This document shows positions 29,001-43,359 of a DNA stretch of 64,000 bases, piece by piece. Made by a program: the position numbers and the translations under genes. Position 1 is the stretch's first letter. Each line of letters starts with the position of its first letter. Source of the DNA: Mytilus edulis (taxonomy: Eukaryota); NCBI RefSeq assembly GCF_963676685.1, contig NC_092347.1, positions 11,036,001-11,100,000 on the forward strand, given 5' to 3'. The notes under the pieces were generated by a model that saw only the letters and a list, made by a program, of their open reading frames with translations, ran no database searches and was not told the DNA's origin.

Positions 29001-32000
29001 TAAGACTTTATTATATAAAATTATATTGTTAGAACACAAAATTTTTAGCATAATAGATAGCTTGTTGTCATGTCAAGAAAGATTTTTGCATTTGGCTTAA
29101 CATTCTAAAAATTATGGATTTTTCACTTACTAGTAAATTACATTTGTTTTTTTCACTTATGATATTTGCGGGAAATTAAGTTCTAATTAAAACTGGACAC
29201 AAAGATGAAATTATACAAAAGCACAATTATAACTTATTGTTATAAACTTGTAGTTTTACGCGATCAATTTTGCCCAACTAGTTAATCAATAACATTTAAG
29301 TTTATGGTTCCTTTGTTCAATTATTACCTACAAATGCTGTGTTTTGTTTGAAATAAGTAAACACAATTTCTATTAGTTGTTGAATAGATATTTTAAATAC
29401 TATAATATATCGGTTACTAGTTCTGTACACTGTCATGCGGTATATTGTATATTTCCATTATTGTTTATGATAATTGACATTAATCACTAAGTTTATTGAA
29501 CCTAATGTTGTTAGGTTGATGCAAATATGCATAAATCCCAAGAGAATTCCTTAGTTGTCATGCACCTACTTCAATGCAATTTTAAATTTGTTTGTCGAAT
29601 CTAACACTTCAAAGTTGTTTTATGATTAAAACAAGACATATCATGAACTCAATCTGTTTGTTTAAACGCAGAATTCAGTGGCTTTATACTTTATTTTTGT
29701 GTGTTTTGGAAATTTGATGATATTAAGTTAAATATATATAAAAAAAAATTCCAAAGAGATTACTTCACAAAATCATTTGAAATTTACCTTCAATAGAATA
29801 ATACTATGACGACGAACATATTAATACAATGATTTAGATAAAATTTAAGCCCACACATAGTTATAACAAAACATTGAATGCTAAACTTGGCAATATGAAT
29901 GAAAAAAAAACCACATACAGTACTGTTATTCCTTAATTCTAATGCAATTTGGATGTAACAACTTTTTTCATTGGCTAAAAGTTGCCGTCAAATCCACAGT
30001 TGACCAGGAGTAACTAAGGAGGGACCCGCCATTTTGAATTGATGAATCAACAAATGTTCGATTACTACAACCTCCAGTTTGTAAGTTTTCATTTGTATGA
30101 CGTCATGTTTAGCCATGACGTCTTTGTGCCAAAATCGTTCATGAAGTTTCGCGGATTGTTTGTTATTTGACAAATTTAGACATTTTTTCAAGTTTTATTG
30201 ATTTTTTCTTTTTGTAATGCATTAGAATCGGAATAACAGTACTGTAGTTGAAGAGTTGCCACCGTCAATTTTGATTTGACGGTCGCAATGAAATCTCCGT
30301 TTTACTGTCTCCGCTACGCGTCGCCAAATCTATTATATATTCTGGTTAAAAAAGGTCAAACACATCTAACGAATGGTAAGCAACTGTCATATTCCTGACT
30401 TGGTAAACACATTTCCGTATGTAAAAAAGAGTGGATTAAACCTGGTTGATTTTTTTTAGAAAAAAATTGTTTTAAGAACACATGATTTCAAAATGTATAA
30501 GTCTTCGTTTTAGTGTTAAGAGATCAACACAAGGGGAAATAGATAATTTCAAATAAAAATCGTCTTGTTTTTCATAGATTCTGGTACTGAGATGACCGTA
30601 AATGTCAATTCGAGGTATAGGTTAAAAAATAAGGCGAATGAAGCCGTGTCTGTTGTTTCTTCAATTTCTAGTTCTGGGGGAACGTAACCAGAAACGTTTG
30701 GACTGTTTTATGGAATGAGATTATCCACTTACTAATAATGAGTCAACGCCAGTCTTTATTGAACATTTATTTATATAAATCTGACCACATTTTATAAGAG
30801 CAAGTCATTATAATAAAAAACATCCATTATTTCAATTTTATTTCTTGTAAACAGTAACCTTTGAATATTATTTTTAGAAATGGAATGACTGTTTATTACA
30901 ATGGAATGCTAGCGACTTCAATAATACCCAATATATTATTGTGCCGATCAAAAGGATATGGGTGCCAGATGTTACACTTTTTGACAGGTATTATCTTGTG
31001 GTCATCACCGTTCATAACACTACTTGTCATATATATTTTAACCGCCTTGGTAGTATATAGTAACAGAATGTTTGCATTTGCATTTGTTGTCTGCCTTGAG
31101 CCCAGTGCTTTACCTTAAAGAACAAGATTAAGGTTGTCAGCTCGGAATAGTATGCAATCTTGTCATATATATTAACTGTGTGTTGTTCTTAATATGAGAG
31201 AAAGAAGAAAAAAACTGTTAGATGTTCAATTGTCCACCCTTTCAAAATCGGATATATTTATATATAGAGATATCCATGTTATACTGAATGTCGTATATAA
31301 ATCATGTTACAAAAACATCGCTGTAGATACCAAAGAGTCATTTATAACTCTTAAATCGAAGGAAATGACGATGTCACGTAACAAACCCCAGAAACACAAC
31401 AAAAGACAAACGAGTCTATAAAACGCTTCATAAAAACTGTGGATTGTACACCATGAACAACACCAACAACTTAGCTTGATATCTGTTCGTTGAGATGGGT
31501 GCTTCACATGTGACACACGTCGCGTTTTAAAAAATACGTTACAAGTTTTCAAGTGAATATATTATGCATCACGCAGTGTTGACATTATTAAACATTTTAA
31601 ACTTTGAGTCATGGACTATTGTTTGGGTATATGTGATAAATAAGCCAAATCAAAAAGAGACGTTCTTTTAAGTAAGCGGACGTGAATGAAGGACGTGATT
31701 TAGACTAATTACGTCTGATTACGGCTAAAATTCGGCATCTCAACAATGTAACACATACTACTGTAGTCGATTACATTAATGTCTTTCAATAAATATGAAA
31801 TATATAAACACAAGAAGTTCATGTATGATTGCGGTAAGAATTAAAAGCGTACTTAAAGGAATTGAATATTTAAAAAGAGACATAAATTAGTCGAATGCGA
31901 TTTATAGGGTTTTTACCTATGTCTTTTTTCTTTTATTTAAGTATCACCATAGAACTTTCAGGTATGAAGAGTTATAAAGCTATTGTCTATCAAGATGGAA

Positions 32001-34122
32001 CAGTCTACTACAACTTCCCAACGCTTATTGAATCTATTTGTCCTATAGACGTTACCAGCTTTCCGTTTGATTCTCAGATGTGTCCTCTAGTCTTTGGTTC
32101 ATGGGTATACCATGGGTTGCAGCTTGACATTCAGCCAAGAAACAATCCTGGTGATTTATCATCTATGAAGAAGAATGTTGAATGGATAATTTCAAATGTT
32201 GACGTTGAAAGACATGTTCTTAAATACGGATGCTGTCCAGAACCGTATCCAGATATTACATTTTATATTTACTTGCAACGTAAACCAGCATATTATGTAA
32301 CAAACATAATTATACCGTCAGTGATAATTACCGTGCTGGCTATCCTTGGCTATTTTCTGCCGGTAGAATCTGGTGAAAAGGCATCTTTAGTCATCACAAT
32401 CATGCTATCCTTGTCAGTTTTCCAGTTACTTGTAGCAGACAAGCTACCACCATCCGCTGACGCAACACCTTGGTTAAGTAAGTTATTCTAATGTTATCAC
32501 CACAGTTTCATAATAACGGTTAAATACTGATGCAGTATAAGATAATCTTGAATTTCACCTAAAAATAGGGTATTTTCATATTTTTTATAGGTCCAGTCTA
32601 ATTTTCATATAAAAAAAGAAGATGTGGTAGGTTTGCAAATGAGACAACTCTCAACAAGATACCAAAATCACACACAAATTAACAACTATAGGTCACCGTA
32701 CGGCCTTCAATTTATGTCTTTGTTAGTCATATAGCTCTTCTCGTGTTTCTGCGCTTAAACATCCTTGGCTTTAAAATTGTTTTGTTCTGTGTTATCAAGC
32801 TGTTAGTTGTCAATATTGTTGGTTATTCATCTCTTTTTCAGTGTTTTTCTTCAATTTTATTCTCGGGATGTCTGCCGTTTCCACAATGATACAGGTAGCT
32901 GTTATCAATACTTATTACCGTGGTGAGAAGATTGTGTCAGCGTGGATGGCAAAGTATATTATAGTACCACTATGTTTCATTACAATGGTTCAGATTCCGG
33001 GATACAGTTCACCAAACTGTCGCCAAAAGGTAATTCAAGTTGATCAAAAGTACTGGACATGTTAAATTCATATTGAAATGCCGCCTGGTTAAATAATTTA
33101 GACAGAGACATTAAAGAGACATAAGCTGTCAAACTCATATTCACCGATTTGAATCAAATTCTCATATTTGATTGATAACAAACGTATACTCAAATTATAA
33201 AAAGTCTAAAAGAAGCGATTAACAATGCATGGAGTTGATAATTCATATCAGCATGTCATGTGCATTTTAGTCTAGACGCCATTTAATCGAGGTGACCTCC
33301 GAATACTGCCGACGGTACTAAGATAACTCGATATCAACATAAATATTAATATTAATAGATAGCAAACTCGTGCAATTGGATTTTTCTGGTCCGTTTGATT
33401 TCATATTATAGGTTTAAAATAAATTTTAATCGTCATTTTTACCTGTATGAGAATGAGGTTTTTTTTATCGCATGAGCCAATCAAATTGTTTACCTTTGTT
33501 ACACATCAATAATGACAATATTTTCCTTTTAATAACCGAAAACAGAGAATTCATGCGTAAACCGTCTCTAGCTAAAGGGTTAAATTGGAGGTCATATGAA
33601 TACGGTTTCAATTAATCTTTCTTATTTTGACAAAATTAAACCAAACTGTCTTCTAAAGTGAATTATTGTTACACAATTTCATTTTTAATTATGATTGAAC
33701 CCCTAAAAAATCACATTTTCATTTTTTTTTTGCAGCTCGTTGATAATGCTCCTTAAGGTCAATGTATAGGTTTTTGTTATTATTAAAAATACGTACATGC
33801 CTGAATTTGGCGTGGATAAGCATGTTGTAGGATCCATGAATAGCACATCAACATTGTATGGTGATAATTCAATATAATAGAGAAATGGTTGATTTCCACT
33901 TTGCACTTTGAATTTAGTACATATATAATTGATAAGCAGATTAATTTCTTTTCTGATGTTTTGCAGAACAAAGTTGAAGATATTTTCGAGAAAGACAAAG
34001 AACCGACTAATACGGCTTTATGGAAGTGTTTTTCTGTTGCAATAGACAGACTTGGCATACTTTTATTTGTATTCACTGTAACTGTAGGATGTGGCTGTGT
34101 ATTTGGACAAATAACATCATAA
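20018..34122 (+). CDS. nAChR alpha-type subunit, cluster gene 2; 7 exons, ~418 aa
   Basis: Exons 20018-20099 (putative signal exon; alternative ATG 20039; least certain exon), 27147-27286 (YDTGLRPVC), 27922-27966, 30878-30987 (WVPDVTLFDS), 31942-32477 (CPIDVTSFPFDSQMC, YGCCPEPY, GEKASLVIT), 32842-33029, 33967-34122 (WKCFSVAIDR, TAA). Phases consistent; 1257 nt. Confidence 0.92.
24051..24528 (-). mobile_element. Non-LTR retrozyme-like tandem repeat (364-nt period) with two degenerate type I hammerhead motifs
   Basis: AATAAACTCATCATAGATAC recurs at 24051 and 24415. The minus strand reads CTGATGA-GTC-TTTTGTA-GAC-GAAAC-TCGC-ATC-TGGCGT (copy 1) and TTGGTGA-GTC-TTTTGTA-GAC-GAAAC-GCGC-GTC-TGGCGT (copy 2). 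Confidence 0.8.
29916..30246. mobile_element. Inverted-repeat (MITE/foldback) element
   Basis: TACAGTACTGTTATTCC..TTCTAATGCA versus TGCATTAGAATCGGAATAACAGTACTGTA. Confidence 0.6.
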
Positions 34123-36398
34123 CAATGTATGACAACAGGTCTTTTTTTTTTGATAATTCTAAGAATGTATATAGTTTTCATGACAATAAATATGTATCAA
34201 TCAAAGAACGTCTGAACATGGTTCCATTGCAGGCGATGTGGGTTTTTTTATAAAAGAAGTTTCCAATACGTATGCTTTCGGAAAATAAAAGTAGCATTGC
34301 TAGCGTAAATGTATCTTAAGTGTGTTCGTAATAGTAGTCGTATGACTCGATGGTAAGAGTGGTACTAAGCATGAGGTTAAAACCTATGATATACTTTTGT
34401 GAATATCTCCTAAGACAACTCTTATAAGAATCTTAAGTACAACACGCAGGACTATACTTACAGTTGTTTTGTGAACCTGATCACTGTCTGTAATACAAAT
34501 TGGTAATGTCCCGTAATTGTATATAAATATAAAATATGATTTAATCAAGTTTGATCTATATTAATGTGACGCAACACTATAGGTTCATCCAAAATTAACA
34601 GACTACCGAAAGATAGTCTGTGGCAGAGCAGATTTAGTAATGTGTTGTATGCCCTCTTCCTTCAATCCACAGCATACACTAAACTAAACCATCTCTTGTA
34701 TAAGGAATTAAGTTATAAAAGTAAAGTATAACAAACACAGAATATGATATCGAGAAAATGTCTCGAAAACGTGCAATATTTTACTGCAGTAAATCCATTG
34801 CAATTAATGTTGCTGGGTAGTTGGTACAGAGACTAGTGCGGTTAAATGTAACACAGAAGACACATGTTCTCTCTAGGTAAGTGGGGCTAAAAAACGATAT
34901 CGTCAGGAAGAAGCCTTGTATATTAAAATTAGAACATAAAAGTTACCAAATGATTTTGATGATTCCATTAGTATGTTATAGTGTGACACTCCATTCCAGT
35001 CACTTGTATCTATCAAGACAACTTTGTGGCTTACAACAAAGCATGCGTGTCAGTTGTTTCATCTTACGATAATCAGAAAATTGTTATGGTCTGCATAAAA
35101 TTTTGGTGAGCAAAAGACAATTAACCGTGATTATGTTGTTTCAGTTTGTTATTCGCATACCTTATGCAGATCGTAAACGTTCTTTACCGCTCGGGTTCTC
35201 ATATAATTAATTAGCTTAAGCAATCTTCACATTTGACTACTAGTTTTTTTTATTTTTTCTCATTAGTTGTTTGATATTATGAATAAAATACTTCAAAGCT
35301 CAGTTGTCTCTCAACAAAACCTAGGTAAAAGCCTGAGACCATAATTACATTTACCGGGCAATATCTACTGTACTGAATTGTCTGTGTCAAGACGCTTGAA
35401 AATGCAGACAGGTCCGTTTCAAAATGTTCTATTTTACACTACTTTCAAGTTGGAAGGCATAGTCTCTTATTAAGTAAATATATTTGTCAATTTGAACATC
35501 CCTGGGTTTTTTTTGTTGAGATTGAGTTGATTTATTCTTGATAAAAAAAAACTGTCTCAGTTTCTTTGTCTCGCCCAGTAATTTCTCCTTTAGTTACTCG
35601 ATACTTAATGATGATTGTGTGGTGTGAATTTAAATTATGTTCTGAATAATTAAGGTTCAAATTCCTGCGTGTACAATTAACTAAATTACTTTCTGGTCAC
35701 TTTGTCTCATTATTTTCAATACTGCACGTTGGTCTAATTCAGTATTTGCTGTCTGGACATTTAAAATGAATACGTATCTTTTTCTTTCTGTTTTTGTTTT
35801 GGAAATAGAAATAGACTGCACCAACCTTAAATGAATGTTACCTTAATGTAGCAGAGACCTGGATTTCTCACAGAAGTAAACACAACAATACCAAACAATG
35901 ATACTAAGTTCTCATTGTACATTTTTTGTATCGATACTACCATTTTGCAAATTCTGTCAAAGTTATATTTCAAATTGGTCAGATATAAACTAAAAAATAA
36001 AATTTGAAACCCGAAGTATTTTAGTTAAATATTGAAGTACTTTTTGAAAGTAGAATGAAATTGGTACTACCTTTTAATTATAAAAATGTCTATTACCTTA
36101 ATTAAGATCAGGTTATTAAGAGTTTTCAAATGTTTTAAATACTTAAAAGAACCAGCCTTGAAAAACCGAACAATAGAACAAAGCAGATTTTCAATAATTA
36201 TCGAAATGAGTATCAAGCGTTATCAATAGGATGACTTTATTAAACATTGATGGTTGACCGTCATGGAATGTCGGTGTCACTAAAGACCAAATATATTATT
36301 TACTAAATACGATTCGATCTTTTTTTACTCGATTGTAATTTGAGATCACACCAATATTTTGGTGAGGTTCGTTTTGCTCACATTTAACCCGTTTATGT

Positions 36399-37185
36399 TG
36401 ATGATATGTGGGTTTTTCTATCCGACTATCCTGTCTGGATATTGCGGACTTTCTACTTATTGTCTGGTTCTGATTCAGTTGACCGTTTAGCTTTTACTTT
36501 GTTTCTAGGAGTGTGATAAGGTGTATCTGGCCGTTCCAAGAACATAAGTGCTGTTGTAATTGCCTCTGGAGATGGCATCAATAGTGGCGATGTGTGAGGT
36601 GGTGTCCGGAGCAACTCGGGATCATCTAGGTCGAATCCCTCGTCATAGTCGATCCGACATCGCTTGCCTCTGTCTTTAGTTGGCTGGAGATAGTATTGGC
36701 GATGGCATGCCTTCCTGGGGTTGTACGGACTGATGACAGTGTCCGTCTTGATGAAAATGCCCTCAGGTTCCCCTTGATATTTTGTGGGTACTATCTCCCT
36801 GCTTCCCTCTCGTGCTGGTTTGGCTTCTGTCTGTTGGTTCTGGTCTACCTTGGTGGTGTGTGGTATGACCTCAGCCGATGTTGCAGCAGAGCTTTTTGCC
36901 TGCACCCACTGGTTGTAACGCTTGGCGTACCTTCTCCTGGTGGATGGTGGTTTACTGTTTTTCAGGACCGGCTTGGCTTTACTGGAGGATACCTCTTGTT
37001 CCTTAGCCTTGGTCCACGTCAACTGTACTGTCACCTGGTCAGTACTTGCCGAGAACTTCCAGGCAGGTTCTTTTCCAGTCAACTTCATGGCTGCTAACAA
37101 AGCATTCAATTCATCGGGGATTTCCATGATGATTGTCCAAAAAGTGAGTGAGTTGTGTTAAGCTGTGATCAGTACGAATACATCA
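36399..37185 (-). mobile_element. 787-bp ORF-bearing inserted cassette with 13-bp TSD and TGATG...CATCA termini
   Basis: AACCCGTTTATGT at 36386-36398 and 37186-37198. Removing the insert and one copy restores a continuous Penelope-like 3'-end repeat fragment. GC content visibly higher than the flanks. Confidence 0.85.
36453..37127 (-). CDS. Intronless 224-aa protein of unknown function inside the 787-bp cassette
   Basis: Uninterrupted ATG-to-TAG ORF filling 675 of 787 bp. Predicted small folded N-terminus (LNALLAAMKL..WKFSAS..VTVQLTW), basic KPPSTRRRYAKR motif, Pro/Ser/Thr-rich C-terminus. Confidence 0.7.
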   Translation of the reverse strand: MEIPDELNALLAAMKLTGKEPAWKFSASTDQVTVQLTWTKAKEQEVSSSKAKPVLKNSKPPSTRRRYAKRYNQWVQAKSSAATSAEVIPHTTKVDQNQQTEAKPAREGSREIVPTKYQGEPEGIFIKTDTVISPYNPRKACHRQYYLQPTKDRGKRCRIDYDEGFDLDDPELLRTPPHTSPLLMPSPEAITTALMFLERPDTPYHTPRNKVKAKRSTESEPDNK

Positions 37186-37787
37186 AACCCGTTTATGTAT
37201 TGTTTTGTGGTCTTATTCAACTTTACGTTGTCAATTTTGCAATGCCATAATCGGTTTCCCTTCCACTTGTATGTTTGTTTTAAATGTCACAACGTTATCT
37301 TCTAACTCTCTTTCACATAAATATGCACAAAATGTATAGGTCTTATTAAAAGCAACGTGCATTTACTCGACAACATACGTTATCCTTATTATTTTCTAGT
37401 TCATTAATTTTCTAATTACCTTTATTTGATTTCCTGTGAATTTTTTTTTTATCTATGCACCAGTATAAATTATATCAAACCATATCCCATATATTAAGCG
37501 TTGTTATATAACAATGTTCATGAATGTTTAAATTTATAAATAATTTAAACTGTCTATGACCTTGCCTACGATGATGGTTTTCCAAATGTTACCATTGAAC
37601 AGACCATATATATACAATGCATACAATAGATAAAAAAATTAAAAAAATGTTTTGGAATTCCAGCGTGATTGATCCTGTTGCTACTACCTACATGTCTTTC
37701 GTCCCTAAATAAGTCACTCGTAGAGGTTTTGCATCAGAGAATGATTTAGATCATGTTGAAACACTCATCGTATTTTTGTATTTCTAG

Positions 37788-40700
37788 CTGTTTTTTGTAC
37801 TACAAGCCCTGTGAAGAATGTCAGTGATGTGATATTTGCAGACTATGATAGCAGCTTAAGACCAGTATGTAATGGGACTACACAAGTTAATGCTACTCTA
37901 GGCATTGCACTGCGACAAGTTATAGAATTGGTATGTTATATAACAGGCTACTTCTGATAGTTTGTAGAGTAGTGTTAAATGAAGCCAAACAGACATCGAA
38001 AAAAAGTAAAATCACAGAAATACTGAGCTCTGAGGAAAAACGGAAAGTCCCTTATCAAAATTAATGGTAAAACACATCAAACGAAATGATAGCTTCAGAC
38101 CGATTTCTAAAGCAAATCGATGCAGATTTCTAGGTTAAAATACACTTTCAATAAGCTAGTCAATCAAAGAGGAATAATAATCATTCATATCTCAACAGAT
38201 TATACTTCGTTTGTGGTGTCCTTGTGTAATGTCGTAAATTCATGGCAGATGTCCGTTATTGATTTTCAGTTTACATGTTGTAATGCACTATTATATCGTT
38301 CATTTATGTATTTCTCTGTCCTCAATGTACTTACGTTTATTTAAAACTTGTACTGTATTCCTGCCACGCAGTGTTAGTATTTTAACGTATTCTTAACATT
38401 GCCATATAAGCAGGAGCTTTGGTTAGCTATAAAACCAGGTTCAACATAGTATTTTTTCTTAAAACGACCTGTACCTATTCCTAAATATGGCAAGTGTTAG
38501 CAAATATAGCCCGTTTCTATGTATGTTGTGTTTTTTCTTTACTTTTGTTGCAGTTCAGTTTTTTCTGTTTTCTATTGTTTTCCTATTCCAGTTGGTGTGT
38601 TTCCCTCGGTTTTAGTTTGTAACCCGGAGTTGTTTTCGCTTAATCGATTTATGACTATTGAACAGCGGTATACTACTATGGCTTTTATATATTATTGCAG
38701 TCTATTTTACTAAATTTACTAAAATATTGAGCAATAGAGCAGATCAAACAATCCATCAACACCCGACTTCCAAAACAATGATCAACAAACAAAAAGAGAA
38801 TATAACAGAGAGCAAATAACAGAGATAGACTGACTTGGTATACTAAACATTAAACGTGGCTTACTCCCGTTTTATCTTATAATATCTGTAAAGATTATTC
38901 ACTTGTTTTACAGGACGAGCCTAACCAAGTTATAAAGCTTAATTTATGGATACGTCTGGTATGTTTTGTTCTAACTATGAGCATTTCAAATCGTTTGGGC
39001 ATGAATGGAAACATTTTTGGAAATCGGTTAACACTTTAACATGATAAATACTTTCACCCTTGTAAACTTAACAACAACACAATTCAATATTTGACCGATA
39101 CATGGCTCTAGCATTTACACATGGCTGATTGTACTTATTAAATAAATAAAAGGAGGGATCGACAAAGTGTATATATAATTTAAGTATCACGTGCATCGCA
39201 TGAAAATGAAATATATGGTATGGTATGTTGGCATCTTTGATGATAATTTTCTTCTTATTATTAAATATAAAAAGATGTGGTATGAATGCCAATGCCAACA
39301 GTTCTAAATCAAGTCATAATTTGTAAAAATAAACAATTATAGGTCAAAGCAATGAAATGCCATGAAAATAAAAACACATATTACTCCTAAGTTGAAATAA
39401 TTCTTGTAAATTTTTGAATTATGTTCCATATTCATTATAAATGCAGTGTCGCTTTGATTAATAATAATATATGAATGTTTCAGAAATGGAATGATTGCCT
39501 TCTTCAATGGGATCCAAATGATTTCGATGGAATAACTAATATAATCGTACCTTATAAAAAGATATGGGTGCCCGACTTAACCCTTTATGACAGGTAAAAT
39601 ACAGTCCTAACTGAAAGTTTCACAGTCATGACGTAAATGCCTCTACAGCTTTACATACGGTACTATTTCAATGCAGTAAATGTTTTACCCATTTAATTCA
39701 AATGCAAGGGGCGATGTGATTTTCGTTGTCGGCTCAGTTGTATAAAAATATAGCATAGTACCTTATACCTACGATTATTTTACAATTTTCTTAGTGTATA
39801 TTTATAAAATATATTCAATTAAACTCATACCTTTTGCAAACTTTATGCAAACGTTGCACTAACGAACGTGAAATTTCTCTATAAACTTGATGGCATTCCG
39901 TTTCGCGTGTCAGGATTGCACAAATAAAAACATCCCTTCTTTCATTTGACCAAGCCTGACAGCCCTTGGTGTGTTATACTTCAAGAACACTCTTTAAAAA
40001 TGCATTATCTATTATAACATATTGCTTTTTAAATCAATGAACTAATTTTACAAAGTGTAGCACTATCAGATCAATATATTAAAATAAAAATACACAAAAA
40101 TTTATATGAACAGATAAAACCTTTACATTGTTTGTATTTTTACCACTTACTATTATTTTGACTTTTGGGATTTTTATTTGAAATGCATGCACATGTGTAC
40201 ATAAAACAGGGTAAAATTTTATGATTATTTGTTTTGATGGAAAACACTGTCAACTTCCGTTTCAGTATTTCATCAGAGTTCTTTGGATTAGCAGATTTCA
40301 GACCAACTATTTACAATGATGGATCAGTATATTACAACTTCCCAACAGTTATTGAAGCCTTGTGTCCAATTGATGTTGCAAACTTCCCTTTCGATTCACA
40401 AAAATGTGAGTTGATTTTTGGTTCTTGGGCTTATCATGGATTTTCTCTAGACTTTTCTCCAAGATCAAGTGCTGTCGATTTATCATCAATGAAACAAAAC
40501 GTTGAATGGGAGGTTCCGCAACTAACCGTAGAACGACACGTTGTTTATTATGGATGCTGCCCAGAACCATATCCAGATGTTACATTCTACTTTTATCTGA
40601 AAAGAAAACCAGCTTTCTACGTGACGAATATAATTATACCGTCGATTATGATTACGATATTAGTGGCCCTTGGATTTATACTTCCGGTTAGTTCCGGTGA

Positions 40701-43359
40701 GAAAGTATCGCTAGTGATAACCGTTATGTTAGCAATGTCTGTTTTCCAGCTTCTTGTAGCGGATAAACTTCCTCCGTCAGCTGAAGCAACACCATGGATC
40801 GGTTAGTATTGTATTATAGCCATGATAAAATATGTGTCATTTAAAAATACATATTTACGGTTTACATAACGAACACATGAAATATTTACATATATACAGA
40901 AAGTAAATAATTAATAATTTCGATAGGACTGTTTGGCTTTTGTTTAGCATTTTTAATTATTTAAATAGAGACGGAATATGAATTGTCGGGTTAGAACAAA
41001 AGCAATATCACGTATACATTATAAAATCAAAAGTTATGTATTTTTTTGGCAATTGAAATATAAAAAAAAAGAAATTTGTCTAAGAAAACTTACACGACGA
41101 ATCTCGGAACTAGTTAACGGGTTTGTCTAAAGTAAGAGTGCTCGCGTGTTTTCTCTATATTAAAGCACAGGTCATCTTTCAACACGTATAGGTGGAATTA
41201 ATAATGTCATCTGTTAAATATTAACCCTATTTATGTTTTGTTCAAGTGATTTTCTTCAACTTTATTCTTGGATTATCTGGCGTGTCAACCATACTCCAGG
41301 GAGTTGTAATCAATGTGTTCTATCGTGGTCAAAAAGACATTCCAAACTGGCTAATGAAGGGCGTGATAACACCCGCATGTCTTATAACGTTTGTTACTCT
41401 ACCCGGCGTGGAAAGAACCAACTGCTGTGCGAAAAAGGTATTTCTTTTTTTTTCTCATTTGAATTGTATCATGGACAGGATAATGAATAATTGATTTTTA
41501 GCTTAGATTTCTAACGACCGTTGCCTTAATAGCTTTTGGCGGGAAAATAAATAAAAGGTCTTGGATCTAGACATTAGTATGATATTTCTCTTGCGATAAT
41601 TTCGAAAGAATAATTGACAAAACTGTATTCTGATACAGTCAGGGAATAGTGGCTATTTTATTTCAAACAGTGAAAGAATTAAAAAGTAAGCTACGATCCT
41701 ATATTAATACTGACTGTGGTTTTTTTTTTTATATCTTTTTAAAATATATTGATAGATTAAAAAAAAACTATCAAAAATAAACTTCATCCTCCGGATCGTT
41801 TTATATATTCGCCTGCAACTTTAATGTTACTCAAACCTTGTAAAGTTTCTTCAGACATTTGTAATTCGGGTGTTTTAACATCGGATGAACATGAGGGTAT
41901 TCTGTAGTATCGTTGCCTCAGACATTTCTACACACGCGGTTTTCGTTTTTGACTGGTAACCGTATAATTATGCAGATATTATCGAGTGCAATTTACATTC
42001 TTGTCGCTTGTTAATATTTTTGATTTCATCAATAAATATTTATGAAAATAATTTTTAAGAACATAGAAAAATGAAATGAAAATATATAAAAATTTATCAT
42101 GAGAAATATATAATAGCATATTAAAAAAACCGAAAAGTTGTGTTAACACATGCGGAAGAATATCTCAAGAACCTTTGCAACTAACGTGGGAAAATATGAA
42201 TGCCTACTCAAATCTAACCAAAAGAGTGTCCACCATGCACTTGCACTGCACTGTCATTAGCATAGTAGAATAGAATGATATACAAATGGATGAAAATTAT
42301 ATATAACTGTCATACAAATATTAATTTAATTTATAAAAACAAACAAGAGTATACTGATAAAACATTATCATATCACTACAATATAATAGTTATTACGGTG
42401 AGGTAGAATTCCCTGTAATTTATAATTCATCATCCACACAGGAACTTGTATCGGAAAAAAAATATATCTATGGTACCTTAACCTAACTTTCGGGTATAAG
42501 AGATGTAATTTTTTTCTGAGACAAGCGACTGGGACTATCCACCAGAACATGCGGTCATTCGATGTTCAGTACTTCAGCACTTTGATTGTTGGCAATAGAC
42601 GTCATTGTCAGTTAAAATTTACTATCTACTTTGCCTTTTTTTTTTGGCGTATTTGTAAGATTTATTTGTATGTGTGTTTGAATTTCTTAGATAGTTGTCA
42701 ATTGTGTTGTATGTTGTCACAGTTTTGGCTACTGGAACAAATTTATCGTCACATCAACCTATTATGTCTGTTTGGGTTGCTCACCCAGTTTTGTCAATAA
42801 AACAAACGATACATCAATGCCATACAAGTGGGACGTTTAGCTAGCTATAAAACCAGATTAACCCCACCATTTTTCTTAAGAAAATGTCAATATCAAAATG
42901 AATACCTCATTTGTGTTGTTACTTATTCCATTGCTTGATAGGTGAGCGTTTTATTTTGTCACTTTTTGTGGACTCTCCCTTTTTTTTTTATTGGATTTGG
43001 AGTTTGATATTTTTGTTTTACCTTTTTGGCTATGCAAAGTTTTAAAATTAGTGTTTATTCTGCATTACAACACTAAAGAAGATATCGACAGACTGGACTG
43101 TTCAAACAAATCGAAACTAACAATAAGCAGTGACCCAAAATACTGCAAAATAGCTTTACCTTGTTTTTTTTTTATTTTTTAGGATGATGTCGAAAAAATG
43201 ACTAAAGGAAAACTGGAAACAGAAACTTCTGACAATGCTACAATATGGAAATGTTTTTCAAACGCTATAGATAGACTTGGACTAGCAGCATTATCCTCGA
43301 CCTTGATGATTGGTTGTATTGTTGTATTCGGAAACATCACAAACGCGGAGTCTGAATGA
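37788..43359 (+). CDS. nAChR alpha-type subunit, cluster gene 3 (signal-peptide exon not confidently located upstream)
   Basis: Exons 37788-37930 (YDSSLRPVC), 38914-38958, 39484-39593, 40266-40801 (CPIDVANFPFDSQKC, YYGCCPEPY, GEKVSLVIT), 41247-41437, 43183-43359 (WKCFSNAIDR, TGA). No stops or frameshifts in these exons. Confidence 0.92.
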
